Source: Mizuhopecten yessoensis
Taxonomy: Eukaryota
DNA: 64,000 nucleotides
Reading direction: 5' to 3'
Assembly: GCF_002113885.1 (NCBI RefSeq)
Contig: NW_018404479.1
Coordinates: 1 to 64,000, forward strand
Shown: positions 1 to 11,700 of the stretch, in pieces
Position numbering within the stretch: position 1 is the first letter of the stretch
How the letters are laid out: each line of letters starts with the position of its first letter
Translations under genes and position numbers: made by a program
The notes under the pieces: generated by a model
Told to the model about the DNA's origin: nothing
Seen by the model: the letters and a program-made list of their open reading frames with translations, nothing else
Database searches by the model: none

Positions 1-1400
1 AGCCTGTATGAACATACTTTTGTTGTGACCTATTGACACTTAGCCGGTATAAACGATCTTTGTTTGTGAACTATTGACACGTAGCCTGTATGAACGATCT
101 TTGTTTGTGAACAATTGACACTTAGCNNNNNNNNNNNNNNNNNNNNNNNNNNNNNNNNNNNNNNNNNNNNNNNNNNNNNNNNNNNNNNNNNNNNNNNNNN
201 NNNNNNNNNNNNNNNNNNNNNNNNNNNNNNNNNNNNNNNNNNNNNNNNNNNNNNNNNNNNNNNNNNNNNNNNNNNNNNNNNNNNNNNNNNNNNNNNNNNN
301 NNNNNNNNNNNNNNNNNNNNNNNNNNNNNNNNNNNNNNNNNNNNNNNNNNNNNNNNNNNNNNNNNNNNNNNNNNNNNNNNNNNNNNNNNNNNNNNNNNNN
401 NNNNNNNNNNNNNNNNNNNNNNNNNNNNNNNNNNNNNNNNNNNNNNNNNNNNNNNNNNNNNNNNNNNNNNNNNNNNNNNNNNNNNNNNNNNNNNNNNNNN
501 NNNNNNNNNNNNNNNNNNNNNNNNNNNNNNNNNNNNNNNNNNNNNNNNNNNNNNNNNNNNNNNNNNNNNNNNNNNNNNNNNNNNNNNNNNNNNNNNNNNN
601 NNNNNNNNNNNNNNNNNNNNNNNNNNNNNNNNNNNNNNNNNNNNNNNNNNNNNNNNNNNNNNNNNNNNNNNNNNNNNNNNNNNNNNNNNNNNNNNNNNNN
701 NNNNNNNNNNNNNNNNNNNNNNNNNNNNNNNNNNNNNNNNNNNNNNNNNNNNNNNNNNNNNNNNNNNNNNNNNNNNNNNNNNNNNNNNNNNNNNNNNNNN
801 NNNNNNNNNNNNNNNNNNNNNNNNNNNNNNNNNNNNNNNNNNNNNNNNNNNNNNNNNNNNNNNNNNNNNNNNNNNNNNNNNNNNNNNNNNNNNNNNNNNN
901 NNNNNNNNNNNNNNNNNNNNNNNNNNNNNNNNNNNNNNNNNNNNNNNNNNNNNNNNNNNNNNNNNNNNNNNNNNNNNNNNNNNNNNNNNNNNNNNNNNNN
1001 NNNNNNNNNNNNNNNNNNNNNNNNNNNNNNNNNNNNNNNNNNNNNNNNNNNNNNNNNNNNNNNNNNNNNNNNNNNNNNNNNNNNNNNNNNNNNNNNNNNN
1101 NNNNNNNNNNNNNNNNNTTGTTTGTTTCCTATTGACATATTAGTCTGTAAAAACGATACAGTATGTGTTTGTCAACCTTTGGCACATTAGTTTGTATGAA
1201 GAAGTTGTATGTGTTTGTCAGCGTTTGACATTTAGGTTGTACAAGTGATCTTTCTATGTACCCAATTGACACTTTTGCTTGTACATTTTCGTACGATAAC
1301 TGTTTGACACTTAAGCCTATAGGGAGATCTATCCTAACCTTATAATCTTTGTTTTTAACCCATTGATAAGTTTGCTTCTACGAACAAATTTTGTTTGTCA
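1..1400. repeat. ~41-42 bp tandem repeat (TAGCCTGTATGAACGATCTTTGTTTGTGAACTATTGACAC-like) interrupted by an assembly gap; degenerate after the gap
   Basis: Three near-identical units in 1-126. Decayed units with TTGACAC/TGTATGAA/TTTGTTTGTC continue from 1118 to ~1400. N run at 127-1117. Confidence 0.75.
127..1117. other. Assembly gap (N run)
   Basis: Continuous Ns. Confidence 0.99.
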
Positions 1401-1474
1401 TCTATCGGCACTTTATCCTGAATTATCTTTATTTGTCAAAAGAATTACCCAGTCTGTGCAATCTCTCTTTGGAA

Positions 1475-1645
1475 AACTTTGCTAAATATAGATTTAGGAT
1501 CTGTATCAACAATTGACACTCCAGCCTTGTCTATTGTGTTTATTTTTCATAAATTTACANAACTTTGCTAAATATAGATTTAGGATCTGTATCAACAATT
1601 GACACTCCAGCCTTGTCTATTGTGTTTATTTTTCATAAATTTACA
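1475..1645. other. 85-bp exact duplication across a single N (contig-overlap artefact)
   Basis: 1475-1559 is identical to 1561-1645, with N at 1560. Confidence 0.85.
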
Positions 1646-2825
1646 CTCTGGTCTGTACGGCATGTGTTTGTACATGTACGCAATTATACCATTAGTCTTT
1701 ACGATTTATATGTACGATCAGCTGTTGTCACCATCCACACTCTACACTGCACGATCAATGTTTTCTTACCAATTTGAGACAAGAGTCTATATAATCTGTT
1801 TTTGTCTCCAATCGACTCTAAATTCAGTGCGATCTTTGTGTTTGACATCAATTCACACTCTAGTCGTCTCGATTTTGTACACCTACTAACACATGGGTCA
1901 TTAGGACTTGCTTCCTTTTATCACCAGAACAGGAAGTCATTTCGTAATAATGTCTCGTCATTTCTACGTTACTTATAAGCTCGCATTCGTACAGGGATGA
2001 GTTTGTTCATCACTTGTATCTCGTCTCCGCAATAATCAAAGCTTACTGTCTATTGTCAAGAGACACACTCTCTCACTATTGCTCTCAGACTGATGACCTA
2101 AGGGACATCTATTGTTTTATGATTCAATAATCCGTTTCTGCGCAGCAAATGTCCCGAAGTGGATATACAAATGTAACAGAAAAAGGAATATATAGAAGCA
2201 AATCTGGATTTTGATTTGATTAAGACTTTTTATATTTTATTTTAGGAAAACTTAAACCCCTAGAGTATACTGTTTATACGTTAGTCGTTCAAGCACAGGT
2301 AAACACAATGTTCAAATTATATTTTATGCATAACGAAGCATCTTATTACAAGCAGATATTAATGTACAACAGCAAGCCGATGGAAGCTGATGTTCCAACC
2401 AGGATCTACTTACATCAACATACACTATTTACATCTGTTTTTGGTACATGTAGTTTAGCACTATATTTAAACATATCAAGTCTATAACATAATCATTGGC
2501 AAATTATGTCTGTAGGCACAATGATCCATGTGGTTTATCACAACTGTATGAGTCTCTAAAATTGGACGTCTCCCGTCACTACGAGAGACATACGCACTAC
2601 GTCACCGTCAATTAACAATAAAACTTCATCCGTTGCAAAGAATTCTGGGATCAGTTGTTACACATCGCTACTTCCGGTTGTTTTTCAGGTTTGGTGGCTA
2701 AGCAGCCCTTAACTTGAGCCAGGTTGACACCGATATGCCTCTAGTCAATCAAGAAAATATGAAAATAGCAGTATTAACAAAGCCATATACTGTCTTCCGT
2801 TTCACACAAAAGCGCACCGTCTGAT

Positions 2826-3962
2826 TTATATTTGTGTAGAAACACAATCATACTGAGTTTTCCCATTAGACGACACCAGCGAGTACTCTGATTTTGGGCT
2901 TTGTGTAGAAGATTTTTTCACCAGTTTTTTACATTTTGTAATTCCAAATAATTTATTTACTTCCTTTCGGAAATGCGGACCTGTTATGTAGTAAATGTAG
3001 CCATATAAGGCATTGTTTGATAAACAAATCTCTTCCACAACTTTGCGAATTGTCAGGTACGTGAAGTATCTTTGCCAGACAGGATCTACGGCCATTTCCT
3101 GAAGAGTTGACGGGTACGTCCCATGGGGGAGCAGAGACTGCAAGGCGTATACAATGGACGCCGGAAGTAACGTACAGATGAAATAGAAAGACACGGACAG
3201 CAGTGTAATGGTTGAAGTGGTATTTCCGCCTCCTGCTTGTGGACTATTCACCGGAACTGTACCTGTAATACGCTTGATCTCACGGATAACACACACATTG
3301 AATACAAGCACACATACCGGGATGATGAAAAACAGCAGCATTTCCGTTACCATGGTCCACACTTTTTCGAATTTAATGATGTCATCGTGCGGAGCGAACT
3401 TACAACTCTGGTGTTCTTCAACGTAGACCCAGATGTAAGCCTGGACGGATGCCAGGCTGAGGGAGAAGGCCGTCAGACAGACAGATACTTTGATAGCGCG
3501 GGTCACCGTACAAAACTTTTCCTTCGAAAATGGGTGACACACTGCAATATAACGCTCCACCGTGAATGCCATGACGAATAAGGGCGTCAGGTACTGTGGC
3601 ATGATCAATAGAACGTTGAATAGGGCACAAATGACCGGTTTATTGTACGTTGGTGTGTCCCAAGCATAGTTCAACTCCATAATGAAGTGAAGAAACAAGA
3701 ATATTGTATGCACAATTGCAAGTGTTCCAAGGTAGATGGCAGAAGAATTGTTCTTTCGCATGCGTCGACTTAGCCATATGTACGCGGATATAGGGTTGCC
3801 TATGAGTCCAACCACGTACCAAATGGGGGAGATGACCCTGTCTACGAGAATGACCGCCGGGGCAAACGTCTGAAGGATCTCGGAGACGGTTGGGGGGAGA
3901 CCCGCTCCCTGGGTCATGTTGAGGTTTAAGGTCACGTTCTCGTACATACTGGTATTCTGCAT
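2826..3962 (-). CDS. Rhodopsin-like (class A) GPCR, FMRFamide/sex peptide receptor/GPR139-like; 378 aa; uninterrupted coding exon
   Basis: Seven hydrophobic helices. TM1 GLIGN; TM3 C3.25 and FTVERYIAVCHP; ECL2 Cys; TM5 FFIIP; TM6 CTLLP; helix 8 GPHFRKEV; N-terminal N-glycosylation sequons NTS, NVT, NMT. Start set at ATG 3962-3960 (MQNTS...) because the ORF-track extension to 4046 begins at TTG and crosses a splice acceptor. Confidence 0.93.
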   Translation of the reverse strand: MQNTSMYENVTLNLNMTQGAGLPPTVSEILQTFAPAVILVDRVISPIWYVVGLIGNPISAYIWLSRRMRKNNSSAIYLGTLAIVHTIFLFLHFIMELNYAWDTPTYNKPVICALFNVLLIMPQYLTPLFVMAFTVERYIAVCHPFSKEKFCTVTRAIKVSVCLTAFSLSLASVQAYIWVYVEEHQSCKFAPHDDIIKFEKVWTMVTEMLLFFIIPVCVLVFNVCVIREIKRITGTVPVNSPQAGGGNTTSTITLLSVSFYFICTLLPASIVYALQSLLPHGTYPSTLQEMAVDPVWQRYFTYLTIRKVVEEICLSNNALYGYIYYITGPHFRKEVNKLFGITKCKKLVKKSSTQSPKSEYSLVSSNGKTQYDCVSTQI

Positions 3963-3966
3963 GATC

Positions 3967-3990
3967 CTGTGAATACACAAAAACGTAGAA
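3967..3990 (-). promoter_or_regulatory. 3' splice acceptor immediately upstream of the GPCR start codon
   Basis: Minus strand reads TTCTACGTTTTTGTGTATTCACAG|GATCATGCAG: pyrimidine-rich tract plus CAG, with the ATG 4 nt into the exon. Confidence 0.75.
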
Positions 3991-5158
3991 TAATGAATAA
4001 CATTCAAAATATAATTTATAGTACCCTTGCATCTGATTCCGTCCAAAATTAGACGAAGACTATCTCTAGAGGTGATTTCATGTTGTATACATTATTCTTA
4101 CATCAATGCAACTTACCAACTTAACTACAATATACTGTTATAGTAATGTTTGAAGATTCCTGAACTCTCTTTGTAAAACAATAATATCCAATTCATCCCG
4201 TCAGAGACGCAAGCTGCACTGTATACTATATATATGTCTGCATAAACGTATATACGATTGCAGCATAATTGACATTGTAATACGCAAACAATACTATGAG
4301 ATTGATTGGAAACATCCATGAGCGTTGTTTCAACAGATACCTGTCAATTAGTGAAGTAATATATAGTTTATAGCTATATATGATTACACTGTATTCGGAC
4401 TTCAAGGATCCCCGGCTACCTGTACGTACTGTATCTGCGTCACGACAAGTGGACAAATGTATACATGCACAAACAAACAGCTAATTGAATGTTGATACAT
4501 GCGCATTTTAAACGTAGATCATTAATATCAAGTGACAATGTTTGTTATTTATGACAAAATTATCTCATTGTAAATGAAATAGTTTTGACATGAAGCTTGA
4601 AGTTTTGAATAAAATCTAAACTGCAAGATTGATTTATGGGATTCAAATAATTGACATTTAGCCTAAAACATTTAACCGATTTAGCGCTGGATAAAAAATA
4701 CAACATTTGGGTGTATTCTGAAATGGCCGCGTTCGATTTAATGATACATACATTTCAATAATGTTGCGTTGACAATAATCTAACAATTAAAGTATCGCTG
4801 TCAAATAGACAGTTACTTTTTTGACGAAGGATGTACATCATTAATAGTAAAAACATGAGATACAAAATGTACTGAAAACGTGATATGAAGGTTCTTCTCT
4901 TTATCGTTTGGGGTTTAACGTCCTCGCAAAAGTCAGAGTCAAATGCAGACGTGTATCTAGGGAGACACCAACGGAAAGCGAGAGCAGATATAGCAAAGCA
5001 GGTAGGTAAGTTAGGAAGAGGAAAATAGCACAAGTGTTACAATGCGCAGTAGATCAAGTTTGGTCTGTTTAATGTACCCCATGTACATTGTAAAAGACAC
5101 GAAAGAAACAAAAACGGTTCTGCAGGGAGCCACATAATTCTTACAGTGCAATACACGT

Positions 5159-5676
5159 TGGTTTTGGTTTGGTTTGGTTTAGTATTGTTTAACGTCCTAT
5201 CAACAGCTATGGTCATTTAAGGACGGCCTCCCTGGTGTGCAAGATGCATGCGTGTAGTATATGCGCGTGTTTTGGGAGGCTGCGATATGTTCGTGTTTGT
5301 CTCCTTGTGATAGCGCAGATAATGATGCCGACATTTTAGTGCTAACTCACTGAAACATACTGCCGAAGACACCTAGCAGGACACCCCACCCGGTCACATT
5401 ATACTGACAACGGGCAAACCAGTCGTCCTATCCTAGCAGGAGTAGAAACTACCATTTTTTAGACTCTAATATGTCTCGGCCAGGGAACAGAACCCATAGT
5501 CTTCCTCACAGGGTTGAACGCTTAACTAAAGGCCAACGGTAAGGCATTGTCAATGGACACATTAGGAAGAAGAGAGTGGTTCAGAAAGAAGAGAAAAAAT
5601 CCCAAATTTAGTCGCCTCGTACGATCATGCAATTAGGCAGCAGGTACAATTCGTACGCCCTACCTGCAGGAACTAA
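5159..5676 (-). mobile_element. tRNA-derived SINE with Meta/MESC-type core, (AAACC)n tail and an extra ~140-nt 5' extension
   Basis: Minus strand has degenerate A/B boxes (TGGCCTTTAGTTAAGCG; GGGTTCTGTTCCC, ~5535-5480), core CTGGTTTGCCCGTTGTCAGTATAATGTGACCGGGTGGGG, and 3' end GCTGTTGATAGGACGTTAAACAA followed by an AAACC tail. Candidate TSD: CAATACACGT (5149-5158) and CAATGCACGT (5677-5686). Family assignment is from recalled mollusc SINE cores. Confidence 0.75.
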
Positions 5677-5973
5677 CAATGCACGTACTTTTGGGATACC
5701 GAAGGTCTGTTCTTAGTTTCTACTCCGATGACAATGAGTTAGACGCGAATCAGTAATGTTAGGGACCTATGTTACATGTACATTTGTACTGACGGAGCAA
5801 CATAACAGTAGCTTACCGAGGAAGGGAAATGATTGTGAGAGAGAATCATTAACTTACAACTGAGTGTTTACGAATATTTGTATATACTGTTGAATTTTCC
5901 CGGTTGTGAGTTTAAATAGAGGTTTTATTAACGAAAACAACAGGAACACAAATATACAGCATATACAGATGTA

Positions 5974-6075
5974 TCTACCACGTCTGTGACGTAATAACAC
6001 TCTCCATTGGCTAATAATTGGAGTCAAGAAAGCATGGCACCAATTCCTGGTGAAATAGTACTTTTATCACGTAAT
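5974..6075 (+). repeat. Dispersed repeat, copy 1 (related to 60280-60430)
   Basis: Shares TCTACCACGTCTGTGAYGTAAYRAC...CATTGGYTAAWAA...TTTTATCAYG with 60280-60430. Confidence 0.5.
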
Positions 6076-8187
6076 AAATGTTAGTGCAATCAAAAGAACG
6101 GCCTTATATAACTTATTTGATTGCCCAGGTCATGTCGCCTTATATGCACCAACAGGCAGACACCAAATCGAATTTCATTCTATTATGGCGCGCTAGAATA
6201 GATGTAATCAAGTTTGTATTATATGGTGAAACCAAGACAGTAATTCGTTATGCGAATTTTTTTTGGTAAATATTCAATTTAGGCAGAAGCTGTCTTCGTG
6301 AATTTAATTTCCCGACATTTCCTCAACCTCGTGATATCTTCGACAATACAAAAAATATTCCTGAACTGTGTACATTAGCAACCGACTTTCTTTGCGGAGG
6401 TAAGCAAAGGAACCATCGACTATCATAATTATTATGTCATAGATGAATAATACAATGTGTATTTGGAACCGTCTTTGAACATTATATGTTTGGACATAAA
6501 CTCTTGTACTATCAACCCCAAACAGTTATAAGTAGTTTGGCAACATTAACTATTTCAAACCGTACATCATTCATAAAATAAGAATATGAACCAGGCGTTG
6601 ATGTCTGTCAACACAACAAACCAATCCACATAGTCTAAATGTTATTATTGTTTTTTAGATCAATATTTACATGATCATAAACCATTATTGTACTGTTGCC
6701 CGGCCGGGGAATCATACTCCATAACGCCCGGTATATGAACCAGTGTCTGACACAACCTACATCAGACCATCTGTCCCAACTGACCGCTCATTTGCATAAT
6801 ACATGGTTAACGACACCCACTCCAGATCTAGTGCGTACGTTTAAAACGTACGCAGTGATGGCCATGTAGTACGCATTATCTAATACAGTAACATGACTCT
6901 TTTGTTCTAAGGTATGCTTTCAACTTGTACACACATATATCGTAAAATAAGTTCAATGAATTTGTACGGTAGATATCGCTTAAGATTGAATCAGGGAAGA
7001 TTTGGATTTTTTTTATAAGTTGAGGCTCTTAAATAAGTTACAAATTCATGTTTGAAAATAGACAGTATTGGTTAAAAAATAATAGTAAAAAATTGAGATG
7101 GAAGATCCTTGACACTTTTCATTATAAAACAGAACATTGCACTCTAATAAACAATGCATCTGCAATTAATCCGATTTGTCTTACTTACATGTATTTTTAC
7201 TGTCATATATCAGTTCTCCAGCGTTTACATATTTTATGTAGATGTGTATGTAAACTGTACAGCGTACCATAATAATATTAATATTACATCGCAATATTTT
7301 CTATATATAGCCAGACAAACGCCCTGCGAACCAGAAGTCATGGCCATAGGGCGATGGTAAATTATAAACTGGATTCAACTTAGAACGAAAATAGATAAAA
7401 GGTGGTGGTACTAGAGGGAACCCGTTCATGATGTTAGAATCATCATAATATTGATTGCTTAATGCAAACAAACAAACAACAAACAAAACAAAAACAGACA
7501 GACATACTAAGCCAACTTCCGGTGCTTCATCAACCGTCATCCTAGCCCCAGGCAGTAGGGAAACAACACCAGATAAAGATACACGTAAATATCCTAATTA
7601 CTAACTATCCGAGTTTCACACAAAGCATGTTAAACCTTCAAACTGATAACCTCATTATATCCTACATGTATAGTGATGAGAAACATGAAGGGCAAAGAAA
7701 CAACTTTGAGTCGGTCTTTCATTGTAGTGTGCTAATCAAATACGTTGATTATTTTGCAATTCGTTCACATAAGACAGTCATAAATACTGGAGACACCGAG
7801 GGGTATAAATCAATGTAAAAAGTTACAATGTAGCATGGCTTTGTAAGGATGTCTGGGAATTAAAGATATTTGCGGCAGACAGGCGCCATTCGAACCGGAA
7901 GTCGTGACTGTAGGGCGATTTTAAAGTTTAAATAGAGTTCCAATAATCACCACCTTTCCAGTTGGATGGTATGAGTCTCAAATACCTCGTAAAACGATCC
8001 AACCACAGGCGTCAAACTAGACAAGAAAAACTAAGGCGGCTGAATCATACAAAGATGAGGACTTAGTCTCCAAAATGTCACAGCATAGAGCACGACAGAG
8101 TACCGAGCAACAACGGTCCTGGATGGATTTAAAAAGAATCGTGTAAAGTCAAGATCTGTACCGGGGTGTGATATTTCTCTAAAAAAA

Positions 8188-8720
8188 TCTTATTCTGAGA
8201 CAACAGGGAAGTAAACATTTCCCTAGTTTTGTTTAATACATGGGACAACGGAATAGGAATCAAATTGAATCTTGTTTCTTATATCAGGCAACGGGGAAGG
8301 AGCAACCTATTATTTTTCTTATAAATCTGACAATATATCTATTAGATCTATAAGACATTGAGAAGGGCGTCTCTAAATCTCGTTATATATTGACCGGATA
8401 ATGAGCCGATGAGGAATAGAGCAACTAAGTTCAACTAACTAACTAAAAAAATATCGCGTTGGCGATTGTTCTTAATTTATAAATTCATTATATCCATAGT
8501 CTATATAATCTTTAAATAAATATTCGTGTGTGGATTTTTTTCGCGCCTATTTACTTAACGCAAATAACTCGAGATTTTCCACACCGCGGAAATTTCTACT
8601 TTTCCAGTACATACATGTAGCTGAAAACGGGAAAGAAACGTCTATTTTCTGGTATATCAGACAACGGAAAATGGAGCAACAAAACATAATCCAATACTTT
8701 CGATACCGGTAGGGAAATAG
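8188..8720. repeat. Degenerate tandem repeat (TATATCAGRCAACGG...GAGCAAC), interrupted by a MITE-like fragment at ~8515-8609
   Basis: Recurrent ACAACRG/GAGCAAC motifs at ~8200, 8245, 8290, 8420, 8660. The insert ends CCGCGGAAATTTCTACTTTTCCAGTA, resembling the right end of the 57090 MITE class. Confidence 0.4.
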
Positions 8721-11700
8721 GTTTGGCAAATTGTACCTGTGTCTACAAGCATCTATGTCTTCAGTACGTATACGTGTTCTTATATTGGCCAAACAATTTG
8801 TCAACATTTCTAACAAATTGATCTAGAATCCTTCAACTACATGACATGTACCATTCAAGTGTCCAGTAAGAAACGAACACCGCGTTCAGACTTCAGTGAG
8901 ATTGTATTGAAGAGTTTATGTGACCCATAGAATTTAATTATTTTTTGGAAACGTTTTATATTACTTTCCGTATGTTTGAGTCTCAAATCCATTTATCGTG
9001 ATAGTTTAGACAGATTTAGAGGATGGAGTAAAGACAAGTAAATATATAAGCATATCCGATAGAGGTCTACCGAGTGAGGACACAAGAAATATAGAGGACT
9101 TCCGAGCTTCAGTCGTGATCGGATGATCGTGATGGAGATTTATAGCATAAATATAGTTATATAATTAACAGTGATCCGAATAAACCCCAAAACCATGTAG
9201 TCTGCCGATTATAACGAATATCTCACAAATGGACTCATAGTTGATTCGATACCTAATCAGTAGTGTTGTTTGATTCCAGAAAAAAAGTCTTGATTTAGCA
9301 TGTCGAGTTCCGGTACAACATGCCACGAGGTGTTCCGAGTAGTTGCACGTGACCGCCGGCTGTTTGTAATCACCGATCCGGCCTCTCGCGCCTATCCACA
9401 CCAGTCGCAAGTACGAAAAAGTCTTCATAACGGAAGGCGCGGGGGATCATATTGGGATATACAACGTCTCATAACAAATCTGGCGAAATCCTGACCATAT
9501 TGATTACGTGCTCCGAAATTGAATACGGATTGGAATATAGAAGTAACGACATACATGTACATAAAGGGTTTACGGCATTGACCGCTCTGTGGGTGAGGCG
9601 CGTTCGATTAAGTTCTTAACATATCTCTTGTATTAACCCTGGCCAATATTGTCAATAAAGTATAGATGATGACTAATTAACCAATTATATTTTCAAGATA
9701 CTTGACGCATCTTTTTTTTGCTGAAGTCACGGTCATTTTCGCATTTTATTGTTTTGTTTTTGTTTTGTTTGTTTCCTGCTGTTGCTGGTTTTTTTTAGAG
9801 TTTTAAGTTAAATCCGATAGTTCTACTCGATACAACTCGATTGTTTGAGGTCTTTAAAAAATTATAACAAAATGCTATATCATTACCGACCTTATAACCA
9901 ATTAACCGGAGATTTTATGCACATTCACAGTATTTTAAGGTTTGCAGGTTTGTCTATACAATATGTTATAATGTACAAACAATACCAAACGAAATCAAAA
10001 TTCACATTGTATCAACATAATTAGTACATTTGCATCACTATTTTGTAACCCGATACAGTATATTTGTAATAGCGCAGTATGTTTCGTGCTACAAATACAA
10101 TGTACTTTTATATATGTTTGTACCGAAAAGACAGAAAAACGGCCAACTTGAAAATTCGGCACCTATATACTCAACAAAAAATCACATTTACTTGGATGAC
10201 ACTGAAACAGACAATGATGTTAAGTTGATATCAAAAGACAAGTAGTTTATTTGAGTTTAACCCTTTTTCTACATTTGACACAAATTGCTTTTCATTTTCA
10301 AGAGCGCGGAAACCCACGCCTTGGCGTCGGTTGACGTTTGGCGTAGCAAGGCTCATATACACTGTAGGAGATGTACGGTGTATCAGACACATTTCATCGA
10401 TTTTTGTATCAATTTCGTCCTCTGATCGGACATAAATCCTCATTTAGTCACTAACCATGTCGTTAAGGGTATTGGGCGTGTGTACACTGTCTTATGATGT
10501 CCGTGACCGATCTACCATCTTAATTACTGGTCATACGACGTGATAAACGAGACTCTGATACATAGAGATTGGTCTCCCTAACAAATAGTGTGCTGGCCCT
10601 TCCTTGGCCGGTCGAGGCCAGCGGAAAAAAATGATACCGCAGACATTGAGATACGGATCCAAACTAGGACGATATTTTAGCAATTATGTGTTTAGAAATA
10701 TGCATAATAAAAACACAATTTAAACATGACATTTTGATGGTATTTGAGAACAGCCAAACATAGCATTGTTGGGATATAGAGAGTTCACGTGACAGTATTG
10801 GTAAATACCAAAGCGTGTACAGGTTGGCGGACATGCACTGATTAGGCCTCTCGTTACAGATAGTGTGATTAAGCAAATGACAAATACAGCGTCACTAGCG
10901 TCTCGTACCTACGTCAGCAGCCTCCAGTCCCCGGCTAATATATTGGCATATCTGCCTCATGAACAACGCGTTTCATGTAATATACTACGGCAGTGCATTA
11001 TTGTGTACATTTTTGTATTTAATGTTACGTCATCGCATCCTTTGTTTAGAGTATTTGACGACGGGAGTTGATATGTAGCAATTGTCAGGTTGCGCGTAAA
11101 ACGCTTATAGCCTTCTATTCTACAGTAAATGCATAACGTTATCAAACGACCTTTTCAATGATTAATAATTTAACTTAAATGCGGATTTTCACAATGAGCC
11201 TTGGTTCTTACTTATAGACTAATAAGATACCTTATATTTACATGTATATATCTTGGACTATCTAAGCTCTTGTATGGTACTGAGGTTTATAAGGATAAGT
11301 AAAACGGATGGAAACCGAACAAACAATACAGATATTCTGACCAAGTGCTTCAATATGAATATTGTCACAAAACGCTGTACAGGGGAGCTAGGAAATGAAG
11401 AATTTCACGACGGACCCATGACGAGTCGTCAATAGTAGTGGATGAAACCATGCCCTAAAGACAAACCTTAATGACGAATACCAATGCCATGAAAATAGAT
11501 GTGTTGGTCAGCCTATTGAAACAAAAATCGATGAATGCTTAATAGGGGATTAACACCAGGAGAGAAATAATAATAAAAAAGTTGTTTAAACGCTGTGTTA
11601 CCAAAAAAAAACACTTCGGGTTATAGCAGAACATAAAAAGTTATGGTATATTTATCCTTTAATATCTGCTAGATATCATACGTCACATTATTTTTAACAA

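Noticed and set aside
115-1143. 342-aa and 338-aa ORFs
   Set aside because: Almost entirely N gap. The same applies to the ORFs at 35014-35277 (poly-C plus gap).
3208-4032. ORFs overlapping the GPCR (antisense and alternate frames)
   Set aside because: Shadow ORFs of a real coding exon with no recognisable motifs.
3963-4046. 28-aa N-terminal extension of the GPCR in the ORF track
   Set aside because: It starts at TTG, is AT-rich and spans a good splice acceptor, so it is most likely intronic.
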